A stretch of DNA of 62,962 bases, filler included, from Nitrospinota bacterium (GCA_030620925.1; 16 parts of 16 records of this genome joined end to end with filler, not necessarily neighbours in it); one strand, 5' to 3'. Positions 8,959 through 19,163 are shown, counted from the whole stretch's first letter. The notes: generated from the sequence alone by a model not told the origin. Numbers and translations: made by a program.

Positions 8959-9501
8959 CTACTTGGTGAGTATTACAAGCGCCCTGGCCTCCGTCGTTCC
9001 GGTATTGCGCCAATTATGGGGAACGCCTCCGTCGAAATAGGCGCTGTCTCCCTCTTCCAGATTATAAGTCCGATCGTTATAGATGAACTGGGCTTTCCCT
9101 TCCAGCATATATATCAGCTTCATCTCCCCCGGCTCTACCGAGACGCTTTCAGCCCCCATATCACCGGGCCCCAGCGTGGAGACTACGCCCACTATTCTTC
9201 CGCCCAAAATACCCGAGGCCAGTATCTGCCATTTTTCCGAGGTGTGGTCGAAGGTCAGAAGGCGGTGCTCATCCCTGCGGACGATGCGGATGTAATCCGG
9301 CTTATCGTCGTCCTCGAAAAAATAGGTTATCCTTACCCCCAGCGACCTGGCGATTTTCCGGAGGGTGTTTATTGAAGGCGAGAGCCTGTCGTTCTCGATC
9401 TGGGAGATGGAACTTTTGGTGACCTCAGACAGTTTGGCCAATGTCTCCTGTGAAAGTTTCTTCTCGGAGCGAAGCTCTTTTAACTTTTTTCCTATGGCCA
9501 A
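8959..9501 (-). CDS. XRE-family HTH plus cupin transcriptional regulator
   Basis: LSQETLAKLSEVTKSSISQIEN HTH; LEEGDSAYFDGGVPH cupin. Confidence 0.9.
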   Translation of the reverse strand: MAIGKKLKELRSEKKLSQETLAKLSEVTKSSISQIENDRLSPSINTLRKIARSLGVRITYFFEDDDKPDYIRIVRRDEHRLLTFDHTSEKWQILASGILGGRIVGVVSTLGPGDMGAESVSVEPGEMKLIYMLEGKAQFIYNDRTYNLEEGDSAYFDGGVPHNWRNTGTTEARALVILTK

Positions 9502-9784
9502 GTCGATCCCTCTCTTTCCCTGAATCCGCGGTGTAGCGATTTCTGATTGCCTACCCCGGTTTGAATAACGCTAAATGATATTATCAAAAGAGGCGGCAGT
9601 CAAGCAGATTTAAACTCTGTTAACATATACTTAACTACTGCCTTTTCCGCCCCCCTGCCATACCTCCCTCTCTCGCCGGCGGTCTTAAATATACCGATAA
9701 AGCCGCGCCGGCCATGTTTATGCGAGGTATGCTATATTATTTAATGCAGGATATATATAATTTATTTTTCTCGAGGGAACAGGG

Positions 9785-10705
9785 ATGAACATCATTTCGG
9801 CGAGTCGTCGGACGGATATCCCCGCATTCTATTCCGCATGGTTCATGGGCCGCATAAGGGAGGGTTATGCGGCCTACCGCAATCCTTTCGGCGGACAGGA
9901 ACACCGCGTCTCCCTCCTCCCTGAAAACGTGCACAGCATCGTATTCTGGTCCAAGGACTACGGCCCCCTGATCCCTCACCTGCGGACGCTCGACTCGTCA
10001 GGATACCATTTTTGCTTCCACTTCACCATAACCGGGCTGCCCCCGGTTCTCGAAGAAAACGTACCAACTCAGCGCGAAACCGTGGAGCAGTTCAATAAGC
10101 TGGCAGACGAATACGGCCCCCGCCGCATATTCTGGCGCTACGACCCCATACTGCTCTCAGACCTCACGGGCCCCGACCATCACCTCAGCACCTTCGAGGG
10201 GCTGGCCGGGGAGCTGCGGGGCCGCACGGAGCGCTGCTACATAAGTTTCACCCAATACTACTCGAAAGTTAAACGCAATACCGCCGCCCTTACCAACCGG
10301 CGGGGAATCAAATGCTTCGACCCGCACCCGGAAGAAAAATTCGCCCTCGTATCCCGGCTGGCGGAAATAGCCGAGAGCAACGGCATGGAGCTTCTATCCT
10401 GTTGCGGCGACCATCTGGTAGAAGGCAAGGTGGGCAAGGGGAGCTGCATCGACGGCGCCCTCCTGAAAGAGCTGTTTCCGGATAAGCCCTTCGGCTTCGG
10501 GCCCAATCCCACGCGGCCCCAATGCGCCTGCACCGACAGCAGGGATATAGGCGCCTACGATACGTGCCCCCACGGCTGCGTATACTGCTACGCCAACGCC
10601 AACAAAGAAGCGGCGAAAAGAAAACATGCGGAACATCTTCCTCAAACGGAAACGCTGGGGGGAAACACCGTCGAAGCCGCCGAGGGGAAAGAGCTGAACC
10701 GATAA
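9785..10705 (+). CDS. DUF1848 protein (spore photoproduct lyase-related, Cys-rich C-terminus)
   Basis: IISASRRTDIPAFY, WRYDPI, CACTDSRDIGAYDTCPHGCVYCYAN. Confidence 0.88.
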   Translation: MNIISASRRTDIPAFYSAWFMGRIREGYAAYRNPFGGQEHRVSLLPENVHSIVFWSKDYGPLIPHLRTLDSSGYHFCFHFTITGLPPVLEENVPTQRETVEQFNKLADEYGPRRIFWRYDPILLSDLTGPDHHLSTFEGLAGELRGRTERCYISFTQYYSKVKRNTAALTNRRGIKCFDPHPEEKFALVSRLAEIAESNGMELLSCCGDHLVEGKVGKGSCIDGALLKELFPDKPFGFGPNPTRPQCACTDSRDIGAYDTCPHGCVYCYANANKEAAKRKHAEHLPQTETLGGNTVEAAEGKELNR

Positions 10706-10727
10706 CCGTAAATGAGGAGGCTCGAAT

Positions 10728-11201
10728 ATGCCCAACATCCATCCCCTGATAGTGCATTTCCCCATCGCCCTCTTTTCCGCAGGGTTCCTGGTAGGGATGG
10801 TCGGCTACATCTTCAGGAAGGACATCCTTAAAAACGCCGGGCTGGTAATGGTGATACTGGGTGCCGCGGGTGCCGTGGCCGCAGCCCTTTCCGGAGAGGA
10901 GGCTGAGGAAGCGGTGGGAAAATTCCTCTCCGCGGAGGGTGAACAGGCGCTGGAGAGCCACGAGACCTTCGGCGGCGTAACCGTTTACATCCTTCCCGCG
11001 GCGGCCCTGCTCAACCTGCTGGGAGCGGTTTTCCTGAAAAACAGAAGGAGAGCCGCCGCGGCGCTGCTGGCAGCCTACGTTGCGGCGGGCATACTGGGGG
11101 TCATCATGGTCAACGTTACCGCCTACAAGGGCGGACGCCTGGTCTACGAATACGGGGCGGGAGTCAGCAGACCGGCCCTGGAAACGCAGGAGCGGAAATA
11201 A
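10728..11201 (+). CDS. DUF2231 membrane protein
   Basis: HPLIVHFPIAL, GGRLVYEYGAGV, about 4 hydrophobic segments. Confidence 0.82.
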   Translation: MPNIHPLIVHFPIALFSAGFLVGMVGYIFRKDILKNAGLVMVILGAAGAVAAALSGEEAEEAVGKFLSAEGEQALESHETFGGVTVYILPAAALLNLLGAVFLKNRRRAAAALLAAYVAAGILGVIMVNVTAYKGGRLVYEYGAGVSRPALETQERK

Positions 11202-11598
11202 GCCGGTCCCGCCGGTTAAAACCTCGAGAATATCCGCGCTCTAAGCCCGTTTTCCCCCTTCCAAAGTCCCTTAAAGTAACGCCCGTTTAGAGTCGATACT
11301 CAATAAAGTGAGAAATTTCCCCGGGCAGTCTTGAAAAAATGGAACTCTTTGCAATAGAAGCTTGCGTGAGCTGCAACTTTATTTAACAGAGGAGGATTTG
11401 CAAAAACCGCGGCGCTTTTCGCGCTGCTGCCCGTTGCAAGCTCTATTACGGACATACTTTTTCCCGCAAAGACCACCACGATCATCATGAGAATTAATNN
11501 NNNNNNNNNNNNNNNNNNNNNNNNNNNNNNNNNNNNNNNNNNTTAATTAATTAANNNNNNNNNNNNNNNNNNNNNNNNNNNNNNNNNNNNNNNNNNNN

Positions 11599-11731
11599 GT
11601 GCTATCTCGGCCTCCTCTTTTTCGAACATTTTTTCCAGCAGTTGAAGCTCCACGCCACTTTCTGTCGCCGGAAACCCCATGGGGTGCTGATGTAGATGCT
11701 CCTGAAGTTTTCTGTAAACGCCTTCATCCAT
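11599..11731 (-). CDS. N-terminal fragment, probably of a 4Fe-4S binding protein
   Basis: VYRKLQEHL..PMGFPATESGVELQLL; AGGAGG RBS; truncated by spacer. Confidence 0.6.
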
Positions 11732-11874
11732 TGCATCCTCCTTTGTTATGTTAGTTCAAACAGATATAATTTCGTTTATTCTGTTATATATCAGCGGCCC
11801 ATTATCCTATATAAAGACGGAATTATCAAAGGTAATTCGCCGCCTATCGGGGTATGATGAGAGGTGAATCCCGA

Positions 11875-11903
11875 TTGACAACCGGCGGCTCGGAAATTAG
11901 TAT
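11875..11903 (+). promoter_or_regulatory. Sigma70-type promoter for cinA
   Basis: TTGACA-N17-TAGTAT. Confidence 0.55.
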
Positions 11904-11950
11904 AAGCCACAGACAAAGACGCACTCTTCTTTTTAGCAGGGGGACTCTAC

Positions 11951-13192
11951 ATGAAGGCTGAGATAGTGGCCATAGGAACGGAGCTGCTACTGGGACAGAT
12001 TATAGACACCAATTCGGCGCACATGGGTCAGCAGCTTCAAACCATAGGGGCGGACCTTTACTATACCACCTGCGTGGGGGACAACATAGAGCGCATCAAG
12101 GAGGTGTTGGCGCAGGCTCTGGAGCGCTCAGACGTCATAATCACCACCGGCGGCATAGGCCCCACCGAGGACGACCTCACCCGGCAGGCCGCAGCGGAAG
12201 TGATGAACACCGAGCTTGAGTTCCGCCAGGACCTGATGGACCATATAGAGGCCATATTCAAACGCGCCAACTACACCATGAGCCCCAGTAACCGTCGCCA
12301 GGCGTACATTCCCAAAGGATCCACGCCCATAGACAACCCCCGGGGCACGGCGCCCGGGTTCATCGTGAGCGACGAGCGGGGGACCATCATTTCCGTCCCC
12401 GGCGTCCCCCACGAGATGCGGTTTCTCATGGAGACGGCGGTCATCCCTTACATGAAGGAAAAGTTCGGAATAAGCTCGATACTAAAATACAGGACGTTGA
12501 AAACGGCGGGCATGGGCGAAAGCACGGTGAACGAGGTCATCAAAGACCTCATGGATAACCCGAATCCTACCGTGGGTCTCCTTGCGGGGCTTGGCGAGAT
12601 TCGCATCCGGATAGCCGCCAAGGGGGCGGACGAGGGAGAGGCCGACGCCCTCATCGGCGAGATGGAGCAGGAGATAACGGCTCGCCTGGGGGAACACATC
12701 TTCGGCTACGATGATGAAACACTGGAAGAGGTGGTGGGCAGGCTGCTCACGGAGAGGGAAAAGAGTTTGGCCCTTGCGGAAACGCTCACCGGCGGCGCAT
12801 TGTGCCAGCGCTTGAGCGTGCTGCCGGGTAATGGACTCTATTTCAAAGAGGGACTTATCGGAAGCAACCGGCTGGTTGCCGAAAAATTAGTGGAAGGAGT
12901 CCCGTCAGCCGACCGGGAAGTGGACATCTCGCTGGCCGAGGACATGGCCAAAGGGATAAGAGAAGCGGCCGGCGTGGACATAGGGCTGGCCATCATCGGG
13001 ATGCTCAGGCCGGAAGACGGGGATGACATCGTTACACGGCTGCCCGCCTACGCGGCCGTGGCCGCCGAGGGCAAGGTCATGTCCCGGGAGCACAGTATAG
13101 GGGGCGGCATAAAGATCGTCCAGACCCGTGTCTCCAATCTGGCCCTGGACATGGTGCGGCGTTACCTGCTGGATTTGGAATTGCCGGGATAG
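11951..13192 (+). CDS. cinA: Competence/damage-inducible protein CinA (MoCF-like domain plus divergent PncC domain)
   Basis: IGTELLLGQIIDTN, TGGIGPTEDDLT, GTAPG, PGVPHEM, AETLTGG. Confidence 0.92.
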   Translation: MKAEIVAIGTELLLGQIIDTNSAHMGQQLQTIGADLYYTTCVGDNIERIKEVLAQALERSDVIITTGGIGPTEDDLTRQAAAEVMNTELEFRQDLMDHIEAIFKRANYTMSPSNRRQAYIPKGSTPIDNPRGTAPGFIVSDERGTIISVPGVPHEMRFLMETAVIPYMKEKFGISSILKYRTLKTAGMGESTVNEVIKDLMDNPNPTVGLLAGLGEIRIRIAAKGADEGEADALIGEMEQEITARLGEHIFGYDDETLEEVVGRLLTEREKSLALAETLTGGALCQRLSVLPGNGLYFKEGLIGSNRLVAEKLVEGVPSADREVDISLAEDMAKGIREAAGVDIGLAIIGMLRPEDGDDIVTRLPAYAAVAAEGKVMSREHSIGGGIKIVQTRVSNLALDMVRRYLLDLELPG

Positions 13193-13247
13193 CACGCCGG
13201 ATACCATGCCTTTAGCCGGGCAAAATGAAGGTTAGGTTCAAGTCCCT

Positions 13248-13515
13248 CGTAGGGGCAGGGCTTGCCCTGCCCGATAGGGGTGCCCCTAGGGGATAATATC
13301 GAAAACATCGGTCGGTCGTAGGGCGATCCCACGCTTCGCGGGATTGTATTCGCCTGAATTTAAATAAATCAAATGTGGGCGATCATCCCGCCTTCCGCGG
13401 GACTGGCCCCTGCGGAATATTACCAGGAACGTTGTGCAGTCGTAGGGGCGGGTTTCAAACCCGCCCTCCAGGATTATGGGAATATACAAAGGGCAGGTTT
13501 AAAACCTGCCCCTAC
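13248..13515. repeat. Cluster of GTAG-type REP palindromes in inverted pairs (REPIN-like)
   Basis: cgtaggggcagggcttgccctgccc; cgtagggcgatccc..gggattg; cgtaggggcgggtttcaaacccgccct ... agggcaggtttaaaacctgcccctac. Confidence 0.8.
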
Positions 13516-13568
13516 ACCGCTTACGCAGTTCTCGTGCATCGTGAATCGCGAATCATGGAACGTAACCC

Positions 13569-14399
13569 TTGAATCGTGTGCCCTTGGATCAGGTCATTTA
13601 CACCTTCCTAGATGTGGAGACTACGGGCTTAAGCGCTTCCGCCGGAGACCGCATCTGTGAGATAGCCCTGCTTAGATGCAGGGGCGGGCAGGAGCTGGAC
13701 GCATTCCAGACGCTGGTCAACCCTGGCCGCCTTATATCTCCCGGCGCACAGGCGGTCAACCATATCACTGACTCCATGGTGGCCGACGCTCCCCCTTTCG
13801 GGAGCATAGCGGGTCGGGCGCTTGAGTCCATGGAGGGGGCGGTGCTGGTCGCCCACAACGTGTCTTTCGATCTCTCCTTTATCAATAGGCAGCTTACCCT
13901 GTTGAATATGCCGCGGCTCGACAATCCGGTCATCGACACGCTGGCTCTGGCCCGAAGGCATTATCGCTTCCCCAGCAACAGCCTGGGTAACCTGAGGCGG
14001 TACATGGGTCTTCCTCAAAGGGAAGAACATAGGGCCATGGGGGACGTGCTCACGCTCAAAGATGTGTTCATGCGGATGGTTGCCGACCTCGAAGGCAAGG
14101 GGGTGGGAACCCTGGATGAGCTGTTGGAAGCGCAGACGTCGGGCAGCCACGGCTATAAAAAGCCGGAGATCATATTACCACCGGAGGTAGATGAGGCTAT
14201 CGAAAAGGGGGGACGCGTGAAAATAAGGTATGTATCGGGCAGCCGGCAGGATACGGAGCGGGTCATAAGACCGCTGCGGGTGGAAATTCGAGGAAGTGCG
14301 GTTTATCTCGTTGCATACTGTTTTCTGCGTAATGGTGAGCGGACGTTCCTCATGGACCGCATCGTGGAAATGACACCGCTTGCTGATAATGATGCTTGA
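13569..14399 (+). CDS. DEDDh (DnaQ-like) 3'-5' exonuclease fused to a C-terminal WYL domain
   Basis: LDVETTG, HNVSFD, IDTL, HRAMGD; IRY...RVIRP...YLVAYCFLRNGERTFLMDRI. Confidence 0.9.
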   Translation: MNRVPLDQVIYTFLDVETTGLSASAGDRICEIALLRCRGGQELDAFQTLVNPGRLISPGAQAVNHITDSMVADAPPFGSIAGRALESMEGAVLVAHNVSFDLSFINRQLTLLNMPRLDNPVIDTLALARRHYRFPSNSLGNLRRYMGLPQREEHRAMGDVLTLKDVFMRMVADLEGKGVGTLDELLEAQTSGSHGYKKPEIILPPEVDEAIEKGGRVKIRYVSGSRQDTERVIRPLRVEIRGSAVYLVAYCFLRNGERTFLMDRIVEMTPLADNDA

Positions 14400-14636
14400 T
14401 TAAAGATGGATGATTACAGTCATGCCGCGTAGCAGCCCCGCATAATATGACGGGCTGTAGGGGTAGTCCCGCCTGCCGTGGGATTGCCCCCACATCTTGT
14501 ATAAAGCCTCGCCGCATTTGTGGTATCCTGCTGAGTACGTCGTGAAAAAAGTTTCTTCAGCTTTTTCCGGACATAGTTTTCACGTGCGGGTAAGTGGTTT
14601 GTTTTCAATCCAACGTTTATCGAAGGGAGGAGAGAG

Positions 14637-15198
14637 ATGCCCATCACCGGCCCCGACATACTTCTTTATGAAAAGAAAGACCGAATAGTTACCATTACCC
14701 TGAACCGGCCGGAACGGATGAACGCCCTCAGCCTGGAACTCATGGGCAGAATATCAGAGGCTTTTGAGCGTTTCCGGTCGGACGATGATGCGTGGGTGGC
14801 GATCCTCACCGGCGCAGGGGATAAAGCCTTCTGCGCGGGGCTCGATTTGAAGGACCAGGCTGAACGTGACGCGAGCGGTGAGGGGTTCCCCAGATCACGC
14901 CCACAGTTCCACCACCTGGAGATTTTCAAACCCATTATAGCGGCCATAAACGGTTTCGCCATTGCCGGCGGATGGTTACTGGGTCAGGAGTGCGACATCA
15001 GAATAGCCGCTGAGCACGCCGAACTGGGTATCTCCGAGACCATGTGGAACCTCCCCGCCTACTGGGTGGTGGACCTCACCCGGCAGCTCAGCCTGGGCCA
15101 CGCCCTGGAGATAGTCCTGTGGGGGGACAAGAGGATAACCGCGCAGCGTGGCTACGAGATAGGTTGGATTAACCGCGTGGTGCCCAAGGAGAAGCTCA
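14637..15198 (+). CDS. Enoyl-CoA hydratase/isomerase family protein (partial)
   Basis: LNRPERMNAL, AFCAGLDL, KPIIAAING. Confidence 0.9.
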
Positions 15199-15424
15199 NN
15201 NNNNNNNNNNNNNNNNNNNNNNNNNNNNNNNNNNNNNNNNNNTTAATTAATTAANNNNNNNNNNNNNNNNNNNNNNNNNNNNNNNNNNNNNNNNNNNNAT
15301 ATATACGAAACTTTCACCTCCAAGGGGTGAGATAAAATGGTTTCCGTACTTAATTCTTGAAAAGTTGCATTCGTTTAAAGTAGACTTTGGGAATAAGATG
15401 GATGGCACGGGGATTAGAGACACG

Positions 15425-15919
15425 ATGAATTTGATCATAGAAGCGATGAAAGATGAAGATTGGATAGCAGTTCAATCCATCTACAGGGAAGGAATCGCAA
15501 CGGGAAACGCGACGTTTGAAACTGATGCACCTGACTGGAATGGATGGGATAATAATCATCTGCGCGATTGCAGACTCGTCGCCAGATCGGACAGTCGTGT
15601 TATAGGCTGGGCGGCCCTCAGCGCCGTTTCGGGCAGGGCCGCCTATTCGGGCGTTTGTGAAGTCAGCGTTTACGTTTCAAGCTCGGCGAAAAATCTCGGC
15701 GTAGGAAAGGCCTTGCTCGGCGCGGTTATCGAAGAATCAGAGCGCGTGGGTATATGGACCTTGCAGGCGGCGATTTTCCCCGAGAATGTCGTCAGTATCG
15801 CCCTGACCAAAGCTCAAGGGTTTCGCGAGGTGGGATATAGAGAACGCCTGGGTCGGATGAACGGCGTTTGGAGAGATGTCGTTCTCTTGGAGCGCCGCAG
15901 TGAGGTGGCGGGCGTTTAA
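15425..15919 (+). CDS. GNAT N-acetyltransferase, phosphinothricin/methionine sulfoximine/arsinothricin acetyltransferase-like
   Basis: EGIATGNATFET, EVSVYV, GVGKALL, GFREVG, WRDV. Confidence 0.85.
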   Translation: MNLIIEAMKDEDWIAVQSIYREGIATGNATFETDAPDWNGWDNNHLRDCRLVARSDSRVIGWAALSAVSGRAAYSGVCEVSVYVSSSAKNLGVGKALLGAVIEESERVGIWTLQAAIFPENVVSIALTKAQGFREVGYRERLGRMNGVWRDVVLLERRSEVAGV

Positions 15920-16020
15920 CTTGCAAAACCTCACTTTTTGTTATTCAAATAGCAGGCTTGGAAAAACATCGACAATTTTGGGGATAAAAGCAGAGAGCTA
16001 AGTGATTGATTTAAAAGGGT

Positions 16021-16095
16021 GCCCCCGTAGCTCAGGGGATAGAGCATGGGACTCCGGATCCTTGTGCGCAGGTTCGACTCCTGCCGGGGGTGCCA
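16021..16095 (+). tRNA. tRNA-Arg (CCG)
   Basis: GCCCCCG acceptor, GCTC/GAGC D-stem, CT-CCG-GA loop, GCAGG-TTCGACT-CCTGC T-arm, encoded CCA. Confidence 0.95.
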
Positions 16096-16189
16096 AGCGA
16101 AATCGAGCGTGTACATTTTGTGTTTAATCTGAAGTTTTAATGCGGAAGGTTGGTTTTAATAAATTTCCGATTGAAGGAGTGGGAGCATA

Positions 16190-17143
16190 ATGTTTAAGAC
16201 GAAAGTATGTGATCTGTTAGGATTAGAATATCCCATAATTTCGGGGGGGATGGTCTGGATAGCCAAGTCGGAGTTGGCGGCCGCCGTATCCGATGCGGGA
16301 GGCCTGGGGCTTCTTGGTGCGGGTAGCATGAACCCCGACGAGCTTCCCGGTGAGATCGACAGGGTCAAGGAGCTAACAGATAAACCCTTCGGGGTGAACA
16401 TCCCCGTGGCCGACCCCAGGTCCGAGGAGCACGTGAAGACCTGTATAGCTAAAGGGGTGAACGCGGTTTCCACCTCGGCCGGCAATCCGAAAAAGTATAC
16501 CCCTGCCCTCAAAGATGCGGGAATAAGGGTCTTTCACGTGGTTCCTTCGCCCAAACTTGCCGAGAAGGCGGCCGCTGCGGGCGTGGACGCCATTGCCGCA
16601 GAGGGCTATGAGGCGGGGGGACATAACGGGTTCGAGGAGATCACTACCATGGCTCTCGTTCCCCAGGTGGTGGACGCTGTGGACATCCCGGTGATTGCGG
16701 CGGGGGGTATAGCCGATGGACGCGGCATAGTGGCCGCCCTGGCTCTAGGAGCGGAAGGAGTGCAGATAGGAACGCGTTTTGCGGCGAGCATGGAGAGCGC
16801 AGCTCACCCGAGGTTCAAGGAGACGATGCTCACCGTGAAGGATGTGGGGACGGTTGTCACCGGGCGGAGGTTCGGACCCACGCGCTGTGTGAGGAACAGC
16901 CTCACCGATGCCATCCACCAGGAAGAGAACAAGGGGGCCACGGTCGAGGAGCTGCTGGCTTTCATCGGCGAGGGTAGAGCGAGCCGGGCTTCCGTGAGTG
17001 GCGAGGTAGAAGAGGGAACCGTCTACTGTGGTCAGATAGCGGGCCTCATCAAAGAGCTCAAACCGGTTAAGGAGATAGTGGAGGAGATGGTCGCACAGGC
17101 TAAAGCCGGGCTGGAAGGGCTGTATCAGAGGAATCTGCAATAG
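16190..17143 (+). CDS. Nitronate monooxygenase/enoyl-ACP reductase II (FabK-like)
   Basis: YPIISGGM, EAGGHNG, AAGGIADGRG, VQIGTRF. Confidence 0.88.
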   Translation: MFKTKVCDLLGLEYPIISGGMVWIAKSELAAAVSDAGGLGLLGAGSMNPDELPGEIDRVKELTDKPFGVNIPVADPRSEEHVKTCIAKGVNAVSTSAGNPKKYTPALKDAGIRVFHVVPSPKLAEKAAAAGVDAIAAEGYEAGGHNGFEEITTMALVPQVVDAVDIPVIAAGGIADGRGIVAALALGAEGVQIGTRFAASMESAAHPRFKETMLTVKDVGTVVTGRRFGPTRCVRNSLTDAIHQEENKGATVEELLAFIGEGRASRASVSGEVEEGTVYCGQIAGLIKELKPVKEIVEEMVAQAKAGLEGLYQRNLQ

Positions 17144-17230
17144 CCGCTCTGGGGTGGGATGCACGTTCAACATAGCAAATTGCGGGCAATGGTTTGCGTT
17201 AATGGATTAAGAAAGGATGGAGGTTAAAAA

Positions 17231-18595
17231 ATGGAAGCAACCAAGTTCTTACTGAGTGAAAACGACATACCGAAGCAGTGGTACAACATCAGCGCTGATA
17301 TGCCCAACCCGATGCAACCGGTTTTGCACCCGGGCACCGGCCAGCCCGTGGGACCGGATGATCTGGCCCCGTTGTTTCCCATGGCCATCATAATGCAGGA
17401 GGTCTCCCAGGATAGGTGGATAGACATACCTGAGCCGGTGCGGGATATATACAGGCTCTGGCGTCCCACGCCCCTTCATCGGGCGCGACGCCTGGAAGAG
17501 GCTCTGGGCACTCCGGCCAAGATATATTACAAATATGAAGGCGGAAGCCCGGCGGGGAGCCATAAGCCCAATACCTCCGTTGCCCAGGCTTACTACAATT
17601 CCGCGGAAGGGGTAAAACGAATCGCCACGGAGACGGGTGCCGGCCAGTGGGGCAGCGCCCTGAGCATGGCCTGCTCCTTCTTCGGCCTCCAGTGCAAGGT
17701 CTACATGGTGAAGGTGAGTTATAACCAGAAGCCATACCGCAAATCGATGATAAGGGCCTGGGGCGCGGAGGTGGTTCCCAGTCCCAGCGAGGATACCCAG
17801 GCGGGCAGGAGCATATTGGAGGGAGACCCCAACTCTCCCGGCAGCCTGGGCATTGCCATAAGCGAAGCCATGGAGGACGCAGCAACAAACGACGACACCA
17901 AATACTCCCTGGGCAGCGTGCTTAATCACGTGCTCCTGCATCAGACGGTGGTGGGCCAGGAGGCCAAGAAACAGATGGAGATGGCCGGTGATTACCCGGA
18001 CGTGGTCATAGGCTGCGTGGGAGGCGGCAGCAATTTCGCCGGTCTGAGCTTTCCCTTCGCCATGGATAAGATAGCCGGTAAAGACGTGACCTTGCTGGCG
18101 GTTGAACCCGCTGCCTGCCCCACGCTGACCAAAGGGCAGTTCCTCTATGATTTCGGTGACACCGCACAACTGGCTCCGCTGGTCCCCATGTACACCCTGG
18201 GCCACGATTTCATCCCCCCGGAAATCCATGCCGGCGGTCTCAGGTATCACGGGATGTCGCCGCTGATATGCCAGCTTTACAAAGACGGCATAATGGATGC
18301 ACGCTCCTACCACCAGGTGGAAGTGTTCAAGAGCGCCGTGGATTTCGCCCGGTGCGAGGGGATAATCCCGGCTCCGGAGAGCGCCCACGCCGTTAAGGCT
18401 GCTATGGATGAAGCCCTCAAAGCGAAAGAGGAGGGGAAGGAAAAATCGATCCTGTTTAACCTGAGCGGGCACGGACACTTTGATCTGGCCGCTTATGAGG
18501 ATTTCATGGACGGAAACCTCAAAGATTACGAGTATCCGGAAAAAGCCATCCAGGAGTCGATAAAAGCCCTCGAAGGCCTTCCCGTACCACAATAA
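17231..18595 (+). CDS. trpB2: Tryptophan synthase beta chain 2 (stand-alone TrpB2)
   Basis: [45 protein letters not shown]. Confidence 0.95.
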   Translation: MEATKFLLSENDIPKQWYNISADMPNPMQPVLHPGTGQPVGPDDLAPLFPMAIIMQEVSQDRWIDIPEPVRDIYRLWRPTPLHRARRLEEALGTPAKIYYKYEGGSPAGSHKPNTSVAQAYYNSAEGVKRIATETGAGQWGSALSMACSFFGLQCKVYMVKVSYNQKPYRKSMIRAWGAEVVPSPSEDTQAGRSILEGDPNSPGSLGIAISEAMEDAATNDDTKYSLGSVLNHVLLHQTVVGQEAKKQMEMAGDYPDVVIGCVGGGSNFAGLSFPFAMDKIAGKDVTLLAVEPAACPTLTKGQFLYDFGDTAQLAPLVPMYTLGHDFIPPEIHAGGLRYHGMSPLICQLYKDGIMDARSYHQVEVFKSAVDFARCEGIIPAPESAHAVKAAMDEALKAKEEGKEKSILFNLSGHGHFDLAAYEDFMDGNLKDYEYPEKAIQESIKALEGLPVPQ

Positions 18596-18610
18596 AGGCT
18601 TTTAAATTAT

Positions 18611-18656
18611 CGGCGATACGGGGGCGGAAGTTAAAACCCGCCCCCGCTTATCGCCG
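18611..18656. terminator. Long hairpin after trpB2
   Basis: cggcgata-cgggggcgg...ccgcccccg-ct-tatcgccg. Confidence 0.65.
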
Positions 18657-18880
18657 GAAGCGTTAAATAACCCCTTATCATCACTTGACCATTATTTTTT
18701 CAAGGGAATATAGGTTAAGCATATTTCCCACATACCAGGTTTGAAACAATTTTTGCGGACAAAAGGTAATTTGCTGTATCTACCTCTTCCTGGAATTTCC
18801 CGCTTGTATACCCCTTTGCCTCGTATGCAATTCCTGTCCAGTAGTCCCGGGGAAACGATATTTTATAGTATTTAACCAAA

Positions 18881-18896
18881 TGGCATGATTATTGCT
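18881..18896 (+). promoter_or_regulatory. Sigma54 (-24/-12) promoter
   Basis: TGGCATGATTATTGCT matches TGGCAC-N5-TTGC. Confidence 0.7.
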
Positions 18897-19006
18897 CTTT
18901 TTAATTTCGTTGTGTTAAAAGGGGTCTATGGCCTCTGTGATGTGAGCCTTTCTTGCAAGGTTAAATTGAAAGGCCGAAATTTCAAAGTTTGGAGAGGGTG
19001 AGTATT

Positions 19007-19063
19007 ATGAAATGCACCAGATGCGGTGGCTACATGTTCAAAGATGAGTTTCGCCAGTGGGGA
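19007..19063 (+). CDS. Small Zn-ribbon-like protein, N-terminal fragment
   Basis: MKCTRCGGYMFKDEF after GAGGGTG RBS; truncated. Confidence 0.6.
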
Positions 19064-19163
19064 NNNNNNNNNNNNNNNNNNNNNNNNNNNNNNNNNNNNN
19101 NNNNNNNTTAATTAATTAANNNNNNNNNNNNNNNNNNNNNNNNNNNNNNNNNNNNNNNNNNNN

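Noticed and set aside
11300-11488. 62-aa minus-strand ORF at a contig end
   Set aside because: No motif and atypical composition; I cannot support it.
13248-13515. Possible CRISPR array
   Set aside because: The units are non-identical, inverted and irregularly spaced, and there are no cas genes; they fit REPs.
16021-16095. tRNA-Arg as a pseudogene or integration site
   Set aside because: The anticodon stem is weak (one mismatch, one G-U), but all other elements are intact and there is no duplicated 3' end or integrase nearby.
17249-18592. Long antisense ORFs (also 44227-45378, 45574-46638, 57842-59269, 19433-20446, 6799-7785, 54076-55191)
   Set aside because: They shadow well-supported genes and arise from GC-rich codon bias; none has recognisable motifs.
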